A stretch of DNA of 64,000 nt from Phyllobates terribilis. Taxonomy: Eukaryota. A program made the translations under genes and the position numbers. Under the pieces are notes generated by a model, which saw only the letters and a list, made by a program, of their open reading frames with translations, was not told the DNA's origin and did not search any database. Positions 50,085-60,100 of the stretch are shown one piece after another. Numbering within the stretch: the first letter of the stretch is position 1; each line of letters opens with the position of its first letter. The DNA is taken from the NCBI RefSeq assembly GCF_046119375.1, contig NW_027362768.1:163804001-163868000 (forward strand), written 5' to 3'.

Positions 50085-51797
50085 CTGAGAACTGAAGGTA
50101 AACTAATCAAATTTGCAGACGATGCAAAGCTAGGAGGGATAGCTAACACTAGAGAAGACAGAGAAAGGATTCAGGAGGATCGAGATAAGCTTGAACAATG
50201 GGCAGCAACTAATGGAATGGTTTGGGAGAAATTAAAGATTTTACATCTGGGCAAGAAAAAAGAAAATGACATCTACAGAATGGGAGGAATAGAACTAAGC
50301 AACAGCTCGTGTGAAAAAGACTTTGTTATACTAATAGATCACAGACTGCACATGAGTCAAAAAAGGCAAATACAATTCTGGGATTTATTAAGAGAAGCAT
50401 AGAGTCTTGATCATGTGAAGTACCGTATTTTTCAGACTATAAGATGCACTTTTTCCCCACCAAAATTTTGGGGGAAAATTGGGGTGCGTCTTATAGACCG
50501 AATGTAGCTTACCGGGGGAGGGTGGGTGGCTGCAGGAGTCTGGCGATGCTGTGAGTCCCGCGCTTGGAGGCGCGGATGTCCGGAGGTACGATGCCCAGGG
50601 TGGTAGGAGGGGGTATTTGACTGTCCTCGGCGTTGCGGGGGCTCCGCCGACATTTTGTGAAAGTGAGGAGCCCCCGAACTTCCATGTTCTCTATGTGGTG
50701 GACTCCGGTAAAATGGCCACAGGAGGCGGCGCCTTTGCAGATTGAGATCTCGGCGCTGAGATCTCGTCTCCAGAGATCAAAATCTGCGCATGCGCGGCCC
50801 TCTGTGGCCATTTTCCTGGAGTCTACCACATAGAAAACATGGAAGTGCAGGGGCTCCTGACTTTCACTAAATGTCAACGGAGCCCACGCACCGCTGAGGA
50901 CCGTCAAACATCCCCTCCTACCACCCCGGGACACGCAGCGTCGCACCTCCAGACATCCCCTCTTCCAAGCGCAGGACTCGCAGCATCGACCTCAGTATCG
51001 CCCGACTCCTACCGCTGAGCAGCCCCTTCTTCCAGCCTGGGAATGGACTCCCAGCATCACTCCGCAGCGTTGCACCTCCGAACACCTCCTGTGTCCCCGC
51101 TCCACCTCCGCCGCTCCTCGCCGGTACGCTGAATTCGGACTGTAAGACGGACCCCCATTTAACTCATTACATTTTTTTCCCCTATTTTCCTCCTGAAAAT
51201 TTGGGGTGCTGGGTGCGTCTTATGGTCCGGTGCGTCATATAGTCCAAAAAATACAGTAATTATCCCCCTCTACTCCTCCTTGGTCAGACCTCATCTGGAT
51301 TACTGTGTCCAGTTCTGGGCACCAAATTTTAAAAAAAGACATCGAAAAACTGGAGCAAGTTCAGAGAAGAGCGACCAGGATGGTGAGCGGACTGCAAACT
51401 ATGTCCTACCAGGAGCGGTTAAAGGATCTGGGAATATTTAGCTTGCAAAAGAGAAGACTGAGAGGAGACAAAATAGCTGTATACAAATATCTGAAGGACT
51501 GTCACAGTGTAGAGGGATCAGCTTTATTTTCATTTTGCACAAAGAAAGACGAAGCAATGTGATGAAACTGAAAGGGAGAAGATACAGGTTAGATATTGGA
51601 AAAAACTTTTTGGCAGTGAGGGAGATCAATGAGTGGAACAGCCGGCCATGAGAGGTGGTGAGTTCTCCTTCAATGTAAGTCTTCAAACAGAAGCTGGACA
51701 GACATCTGTCTGAGATGGTTTAGTGAATCCTGCATTGAGCAAGAGGGTGGACACGAGGACCCTGGAGGTCCCTCCAACTCTAACATTCTATGATTCT
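50085..51797 (+). mobile_element. 5'-truncated CR1 LINE of the same family, interrupted by a MITE at 50423-51256
   Basis: KFADD region at 50100, co-linear with the 27-28 kb copy on both sides of the insertion. (ATTCTATG) tail at about 51785-51797. Confidence 0.9.
50423..51256. mobile_element. Non-autonomous Tc1/mariner/pogo-type MITE with TA TSD, inside CR1
   Basis: Terminal inverted repeats CCGTATTTTTCAGACTATAAGATGCAC and GTGCGTCATATAGTCCAAAAAATACAG. TA is duplicated at 50421-22 and 51257-58. Internal hairpin at about 50630-50880. Confidence 0.85.
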
Positions 51798-51805
51798 AAT
51801 ATATA

Positions 51806-53399
51806 CAGTACAGACCAAAAGTTTGGACACACCTCATTTAAAGATTTCTCTGTATTTTCATGACTATGAAAATTGTACATTCACACTGAAGGCATCAAAA
51901 CTATGAATTAACACATGTGGAATTATATACTTAACTTAAAAGTGTGAAACAACTGAAAACATGTCTTATGTTCTAGGTTCTTAAAAGTAGCCACTTTTTG
52001 CTTTGATGACTGCTTTGCACACTCTTGGCATTCTCTTGATGAGCTTCAAGAGGTAGTCACCGGAAATGGTTTTCACTTCACAGGTGTGCCCTGTCAGGTT
52101 TAATAAGTGGGATTTCTTGCCTTATAAATGGGATTGGGACCATCAGTTGAGATGTGCAGAAGTCTGGTGGATACACAGCTGATAGTCCTACTGAATAGAC
52201 TGTTAGAATTTGTATTATGGCAAGAAAAAAGCAGCTAAGTAAAGAAAAAGGAGTGGCCATCATTACTTTAAGAAATGAAGGTCAGTCAGTGCGAAAAATT
52301 GGGCAAACTTTGAAAGTGTCCCAAAGTGCAGTTGCAAAAACCATCAAGCGCTACAAAGAAACTGGCTCACATGAGGACCGCCCCAGGAAAGGAAGACCAA
52401 GAGTCACCTCTGCTTCTGAGGATAAGTTTATCCGAGTCACCAGCTTCAGAAATCGCAGGTTAACAGCAGCTCAGATTAGAGACCAGGTCAATGCCACACA
52501 GAGTTCTAGCAGCAGACACATCTCTACAACAGCTGTTAAGAGAAGACTTTGTGCAGCAGGCCTTCATAGTAAAATAGCTGCTAGGAAACCACTGCTAAGG
52601 ACAGGCAACAAGCAGAAGAGACAAGTTTGGGCTAAAGAACACAAGGAATGGACATTAGACCAGTGGAAATCTGTGCTTTGGTCTGATGAGTCCTAATTTG
52701 AGATCTTTGGTTCCAACCACCGTGTCTTTGTGCGACGCAGAAAAGGTGAACGGATGGACTCTACATGCCTGGATCCCACCGTGAAGCATGGAGGAGGTGT
52801 GATGGTGTGGGGGTGCTTTGCTGGTGACACTGTTGGGGATTTATTCAAAATTGAAGGCATACTGAACCAGCATGGCTACTACAGCATCTTGCAGCGGCTT
52901 GTTATTCCATCCGGTTTGCGTTTAGTTGGACCATCATTTATTTTTCAACAGGATAATGACCCCAAACACACCTCCAGGCTGTGTAAGGGCTATTTGACCA
53001 AGAAAGAGAGTGATGGGGTGCTACGCCAGATGACCTGGCCTCCACAGTCACCAGACCTGAACCCAATCGAGATGGTTTGGGGTGAGCTGGACCGCAGAGT
53101 GAAGGCAAAAGGGCCAACAAGTGCTAAGCATCTCTGGGAACTCCTTCAAGATTGTTGGAAGACCATTTCCGGTGACTACCTCTTGAAACTCATCAAGAGA
53201 ATGCCAAGAGTGTGCAAAGCAGTCATCAAAGCAAAAGACATATTATCAGTTGTTTCACACTTTTTTGTTAAGTATATAATTCCACATGTGTTAATTCATA
53301 GTTTTGATGCCTTCATTGTGAATGTACAATTTTCATAGTCAAGAAAATACAGAAAAATCTTTAAATGAGAAGGTGTGTCCAAACTTTTGGTCTGTAGTG
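51806..53399 (+). mobile_element. Full-length Tc1-family DNA transposon with a defective transposase (52217 to about 53240)
   Basis: Long TIRs starting CAGTACAGACCAAAAGTTTGGACACACCT, with TA flanks. ORF MARKKQLSKE...WSDES*FEIFG...QQDNDPKH...SPDLNPIE (DD34E). In-frame TAA at 52694-52696 and a C-terminal deletion. Confidence 0.95.
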
Positions 53400-54669
53400 T
53401 ATATATATAATTTTATTTATTTTTTATAGACCATTAAAAATGCCCTGATTGTTAATCATTATTTTTTATTATTAATTTTATAGAAATAAAATAAAATCTC
53501 TGACTTATATTTTACCCTTAGGGTACTTTCGTACTTGCGTTCAGGCACCCGTTCGGTGGCCCCATCGGTGCTTACGTCTGAAACCCCCACAAAATGGCAT
53601 TCGGACCTATGCGCCAATGGGGCCATAGCCTATAATGGTGCCAACACAGCGAACATGCTCCATTGTAACTGAGATATAAGTGCCTGTTTCTGCCAATAAG
53701 TGCAGGTCTCAGCTACTTTCTTCCAAAAACAGCACAACTCCTGTCCGAAGTTTGTATGTTGTACTGCAGCTCATCTCTGTTCACTTCAACAGAGATAGGT
53801 TACAATACCAAGCCTTGGACAGATGTGGTGCGGTGTTTACAGGAAAGTATACACTTGTGCCGGACTCTTTTTTCCTGACAGTCTCATAGGCAGTGTCAAA
53901 CTGGGGTGCCAAGGGCCCACCAGTAACCAACTATAGGGCCCCCATTTTCAGTTAAATGCAAATGTCATCAATCACAAATTTAGAGGTGCATCTCACTAAA
54001 TTAGAATATCATCAAAAAGTTAATTTATTTCAGTTCTTCAATACAAAAAATGAAACTCATCTATTATATAGAGTCATTACAAACAGAGTGATCTATTTCC
54101 AGTGTTTATTTCTGTTAATGTTGATGATTATGGCTTACAGCCAATGAAAACACAAAAGTCATTATTATCTCAGTAAATTAGAATACTTTATAATAACAGC
54201 TTGAAAAATGTTTTTAAAATCCAAAAAGTTGGCCTACTGAAATGTATGTTCAGTAAATGCCCTCAATACTTGGTCGGGTACTACTTATATAAAAGGGTGG
54301 TGGCACAGGGGCCCACCGGAGGATTCTCCTGTGGGCCAGTCCAAGCCTGCTCATAGGCATATATGAAACTCATGTATCAGGGGAACCGCCAGACATTGTG
54401 GTCCGTACTCGAACTGTGAATGTTGAAGGTGAGGAAACCAGCCTTAAAATGAGGCTTTATGGCAGCTAAATAATTTTCTTATATATTTTGTCTTTCAGTA
54501 CCTCATCATTTTTAATATCTCTGCTTGCTGGAAACGGTAAGAGAACATTCCTGTAGTTTAACTATTAATCAGGATACTAAACAAATAGTGGCCCACCTTA
54601 CAAAGCTGAACGGACCATGGTGTCTGGTCATAAATACCAGATGCTGGACAGATTGTTGCCTACTCATAT

Positions 54670-55125
54670 AATCAATAACTTTAAAAAGGAGAAAAAATGA
54701 GTGTTGCGGCATAAAAAACATTTTATTTAATCAAGATTACATAACGGCAAGTACAAAAAGATTACATAACATAATAAGAGATATAAAGTGCAAGGTGCCA
54801 GATGTTAGGGGGGGTCACATGAATAATGAGTCATGCAAGTTATGCGGGTATAGATGCATCACTATAGATGTAAAAGATGGGCGTTCAGACATATATCAGA
54901 AAGGTTATGTGGGGATAGATACTCAATAGTATACTGCTCAGTGCTAGTAAAGGGCTCTGAAGCCCGAACATGTAGATAAACTCCTTATGGTAGTGATCCC
55001 ACCCCTCTGAGATTAATAATGTCCCCTATAAGACTCACCCAGGAGTGACCCACCGATCGGTCTGATGATGATAGTGACAACGCGCCCCGACGCGCGTTTC
55101 GCCAGTCTTTTTCAAGAGGCGCAAT
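54670..55125 (-). mobile_element. Penelope-like pLTR remnant (boundaries approximate)
   Basis: HHR motif at its 5' end, then an AT-rich body with AATAAA near 54725. No ORF. Confidence 0.45.
55082..55122 (-). ncRNA. Minimal hammerhead ribozyme motif, U3-A8 variant (PLE type)
   Basis: GCGCCTC-TTGAAAA-A-GactggC-GAAA-CGCGCG-TC-GGGGCGC: 7-bp stem I (one G-U), palindromic ACGCGCGT stem III, GUC triplet, very short stem II. Confidence 0.6.
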
Positions 55126-55142
55126 CAGGATACTGTATGAGG

Positions 55143-55377
55143 TTTATTATGACAATGACATCATTTTTTAATCCGTTTATTAAAAAAATAGCATATCTTA
55201 CGGTCTTTCGTTTTAGTTAGACATAGACATAAAATACCATATAAACAGCATATAAATATGTTGCGTAAAAAAAGCATCCAAACAACAAATCTGGTCCTAT
55301 GGACATCTAGAGATGGAGGCAGAGGAGAGGCAGCGTCGTATACATCAGCTCAGGCGGCAGTCTTCCCTAGGAAATAG
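55143..55377 (-). other. Candidate non-coding 3'-terminal exon of the mucin gene with two AATAAA signals
   Basis: Long pyrimidine tract and TTTCCAG acceptor (55378). Upstream donor GAATG|GTGAGT at 57095/57094. AATAAA on minus at 55181-55176 and 55148-55143. Confidence 0.5.
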
Positions 55378-56489
55378 CTGGAAATCAAAGCAACTAAAAC
55401 CCAAACAAATAAAAAAGGGAGAAAAAAAAACATTATCAGTCATGTCACACACTCCTTATTACGGTGAATACTGAAACCCCATGAATAGTGCAAAACCTCC
55501 ACCAGTTATACCTGTTATCTGCACAGGGATGATAGTTGTAGCTTAATATGAAGGTAAACTTAAAGGGGTTGCCTAGTACCAAACTATTAGTGAGCTACCC
55601 GTAGGATAGGTCATCGATATGCTATCAGTGGAGGAGGAGCTGTGTCAGTATTCACGCTTATGTATGGACTCATCTCCGGAAAGGCATTGTGGTGGTAGGG
55701 GCAATACAGCAGAGCTGACAGTGCTATGAGAGGAGGAGAGCTGATAAAAGGGTTTGTAATGTGACACAGCTAAACACAGCTGTGCTGCCCCTTCTTCCAC
55801 ATGGGCCTTATCTGAAAGAAGTTAGTCATCTGTGCACTAATCTCCCAGCACTTTCCAATTGAGATCAGAGCTGTATCATTACATCTCACACATCAAGAAA
55901 CCTAAACTTTGGTGGGGGCGTGTTCTTTTTTCTGCTGTGTTGTTGCCTGTTTATGATTGGGCAACTCGTACAGGGAGACAAAGTACACACCCCCAGTGAA
56001 ATATATCTGATAACACCCACTTAGATTTAACAAAAGTTAACTAATTAGGTGTGAAATACTTTGATTGCTAATATCTCTGCAACAGAGAGGCAAAATTAAA
56101 AAAAAAATAGTATTATTCCACTCTGTAGCCACCCACTATTACAGCCTGTGACCAGGTCTAAATTAAAAAAATGGTGAAAGATCCTCTTTAATTAAATATG
56201 TATATTTTATAAAAAAAAATGTTTTTTTAAAAAAGTATTTTTTATATATTTTTACTTTATTATTTAGTCCCCATAGGGGATATGACTCTATAATAAACAT
56301 TTGATCACTTTGTACCATATACTGCAATACAGTGTTGCAGGATATATTAGTAATCATGATCTCCTAGGGTTCATAAGAGTTCAAAGATGGCAGTGATGGG
56401 GGCTACCAGCTGTTCTGGTAATTCATTGGCTTCAATTTAAAAATTGTATTCTTAATAGGACAACCCCTTGTTTGTTTTCTTTTTGTTTT

Positions 56490-56930
56490 TAAACAATAAT
56501 GGATTCCCCTTTATTACAATGAGTAATGTTTTTAAGTGATATACTCCATTATGCTTTATGATTGTATTGTGTGTGCTTTACGGTGTATACATGCGTTTAA
56601 GTCTGATTCCCCACCCACTAGGCATGGTGTTTTTTCGAAGGGAGGCGTCTCTGTGTGCATTCTTTCGCTATAAACAACAGACCCTGTATCTGTATGTGTA
56701 TAGACTGTCCTGAGGAAGTGGTGTCATCACTACCAAACACGTAGAAATAAAGTCTATTTCACCATTACATTGACTTGGATTCCTCTGGTACATTATTCTG
56801 CCAGGCGAGCAGCGCATTTTGATGCCCCACTCTCTTTACGCAATAAAGGATCATTGCTTCGGAGTTTGCAGCAGCCGCCAATGCTAAGTACAGTGGTTGT
56901 GTCTCACACAACCCTAATAGGTGAGTGAAT
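56490..56930 (+). mobile_element. Penelope-like pLTR remnant (boundaries approximate)
   Basis: Contains the degenerate HHR and two AATAAA signals. No ORF. Confidence 0.4.
56708..56745 (+). ncRNA. Degenerate PLE hammerhead motif (G12C, probably inactive)
   Basis: TC-CTGAGGA-A-GTGGTG-tcat-CACTAC-CAAA-CACG-TA-GA followed by AATAAA. GAAA is changed to CAAA. Confidence 0.5.
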
Positions 56931-57120
56931 TTGAATTATCTTTCACGAATATTCATTTTATCTCGGATAACACCCTCTGTGCCCTCTATATTCCTTCTAG
57001 TTACCTTTTAAAATGAAGAAATTACCCTGAGGCTTGTTGTTCCCTCCTGGGATATCCTTGCACTTGGCTTTCTAATAACCTTTTTTTTACTCACCATTCC
57101 TCCAACTGTCTGTGATCTCT

Positions 57121-60100
57121 TCACACATTCAAGTCCCCATTGATATTCACTATGGAGTTAAAAAAGTTGGTTTGCAAAGCCTGGAGGATGGAGGGAACAA
57201 TATGTCACTAAAGAGAGTAGTGATAATCCTGTATCAAGGGAATTTGCACCTAATAATACATTTTGGAACTATCTTTCTTGGCAGTTGGACCTCCCCTAGC
57301 CGTTGGCAGATATTTAGTAGTATACCTTGTGCAACAATTAGGAGGAATACTGCATGAGTGATGCAAGTGAAAAAGAAAAGCAGAGAATGCCTGCGTCACA
57401 GCTAGCTGGAAGTGAGGGTGAGCAGCACTCACTAAATTTGGTAGAATATAAGCCCAGAAGGGCAGAGTCCTCTCCTTTCTGTACCAGTCTGTCATTGTTA
57501 GTTTGTTCCCTATCATTTCTATATGTGTTTTGTATGTAACCCCTTCTCATGTGCAGCACCATGGAATCAATTGTGCTCTAAAAATAAATAATAATATTTG
57601 CTGCGCTACCCAAGGACCTTAGAGAGGCCACCAAAGAGAGTAGAAGAAAGTTCCAGCCTCTGCTGCAAGGGAGACCCATCCACATGTAGTCCCGCCATTG
57701 CACAGAGAAAGACGATTGCCATCACGGAGGTGAACGATGGGACTTATTCCTGTGAGTGAAGAGTTCATCAACCAACAGAATAATTGGCCTCTCATAAGGG
57801 ACAAAGAGGTAACCACACATTGTCTGTTGCTTCTGCTCTGTCTCCTGTGTACTCTGAATTCTTTCTGCCATCCTCTTGTTGGGAAACCATCTCTTCCACC
57901 AAGGACTATTGCATACAATTTTTAATGGATCTCATCTATACCCAACCATATAGGCCTCTAGAATGGATTTCCTAGAGCCTGGAAACCCCACTTTGAAACA
58001 TTAAATTAATTAAAATAATTCCTATGTGCCACTCAGGGGAGTTGCTGCCATTTTGACCCTCCAAAGGCAAATAATGGTAGTAATGTGGAAATGCTGAAAA
58101 TGCAGGACCGGAAACACAGCAGCTGGGTCCCCGGACGGATTGATCACCAACGGATCATGGCTATTACAACTATATTAGTACAGTAAAACTTACTATTTAA
58201 AGCTGCTTTAGCTATGTTTTTTTGTAAATATGTTCATTGTTATAAGACTGATATTCATTTTACATTATGGGTTTATATACTGTAATAACATACACACCAA
58301 GCAGATTCCTGCAGGGATGAGGACCACGGCCGCCACCATCAAGCCAATAAGTACGCTGCCGTACACGGGGATAGTCCCATCTATTCCAGCGAGGCCTGCG
58401 CAAAACCAAAAGTTTATTAGCAAAGATGGGTCAGTGAGAAAGTGCAGAATATGATATACTTAGTAAAGGGGTATATCAGTCTGTAGAGCTGGGAGACCCA
58501 TTGATCCTTATATCTGGGTCCTAAGTCCTCCATTCCTTCTCACTAAAGTAAGTACTCTCATGTGCGTCTAAAACTGGAGCTGCAGTGCACATGCTTTACC
58601 ACTGCTCCAAAGAAGCTTCTTCTCACAGCGGAGTTTGGACCCCTGTTCTAGTGATCAGTGGGGGTCCAGTAAACATCCCTGATATAATATGATTGATATG
58701 GTAAAGTGCAATTTCACTGTAAAATATAACCATTTCTTTGCAAGGTGATTTGGCATATTTCGGGTCTCCAGAGCCGCTCCGGTCCTCTTTTGGGTCAGCT
58801 GACGGCTATTTCGACTTGCCAAAGCACACTTGGCTCTAAAAGTCACTTTTACAATGTAAGTCTATGTAGTGTCAGAACAAGGCTCCATACTCTTAGGGTA
58901 TTCTACTTGTTATGCAGCATCAAAACTGCAGCGACCAGCTGTTACAAAATAGTAGATGGGATTTGTAGAAATCCTATGTCCACTATGTGTCTGTGGCTCA
59001 CCCGCAGAAACTGACATGTGGCGCGTCTTTCCAGACCGCAGCATGTCAATTTCTCCGGCGGTTCTTCATGTGGGCTTTTCCCATAGACCTAACCTCTATG
59101 AGGAAAGTCCACAGGTGAAAAAAAAATGGCGCTGATCATTTGCATAAAATGAGTGGAAGCCGGCCGTACCTGCTGTGGCTGCTGTTGTCAGTGTTTCTGT
59201 AAGTTCAGAAGCAAAAGGGAAAAAAAGCACAAAAAGTCTTACTAACAGGCTGTTGGTTTCCAGAAATTGCCATCTACATATCCATAACCATATACTGAAT
59301 GTTGAGGTCACTTGGACATTACTTAGGCTGTATTTGTTAGAAAGCTTAAAAAGGGTTGGATACAGTCCTACGAGACCTCAGGGCATCGTACACATCTCTT
59401 CAGGACAATTGGAAGCTTTTGATTACTTTCCATTTGTGGTGAATCGATTCCCTTGCCAATCGAATTATCTGCCGAATTTTCAAAACTAAATAAAATTTCA
59501 AAAGATTCGCTCATCACTACAAATGTATATGGCTATAACACGTACATTTATAGAGAGGGATACAATCTGCTATATAAACAAACCTATAGAACCAGGAAGC
59601 TTGCTGCTACTTCTGTATCTTACCATAGCGTTACTGTACTGATCGGCTTCATGTAGATGGTTATTATGACTCGGCTTCAGCATTGCCTCTCTTTTAAATG
59701 GTCCATGTTTACATTATATAATTTTGTTGTATTAAAGGGAATCTGTCACCAGGATTTTGCTATCCCATCTGATAGTGGCATGATGTAGGGGCAGAGACCC
59801 TGATTCCAGCGATGTGCCTCTTACTGGGCTGCTTGTAGTTTTGATAAAATCCCTGCATTATCTGCTGAAGATCTAGCAGTTCTCTGAATGCTGAGCTCTG
59901 TATAACCCCGCCCACAACACTGATTGGCATCTTTCTGTGTACACTGTGCATAGGCAGAAAGCTGCCAATCAGTGGTGGGAGCAGGATTATACGGGACAAG
60001 TTGATTAGAAAGCACAAGACATCTAGTCCTTTAGCGATAATCTCCTGATAAAACATTGATATTCTCAAAATTACATCAAGCAGCCCAGTAAGTGATACAT

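Noticed and set aside
52683-52700. CTGATGAGTCC hammerhead-like core (similar hits at 19875, 30405, 41313, 55070)
   Set aside because: No paired stem II followed by GAAA. At 52683 and 41313 the bases are simply the Tc1 W(S/T)DE codons.
55313-55470. Short plus-strand ORF MEAEERQRRIHQLRR...
   Set aside because: No recognisable homology or splice partner; better explained as the antisense of the minus-strand terminal exon and its pyrimidine tract.
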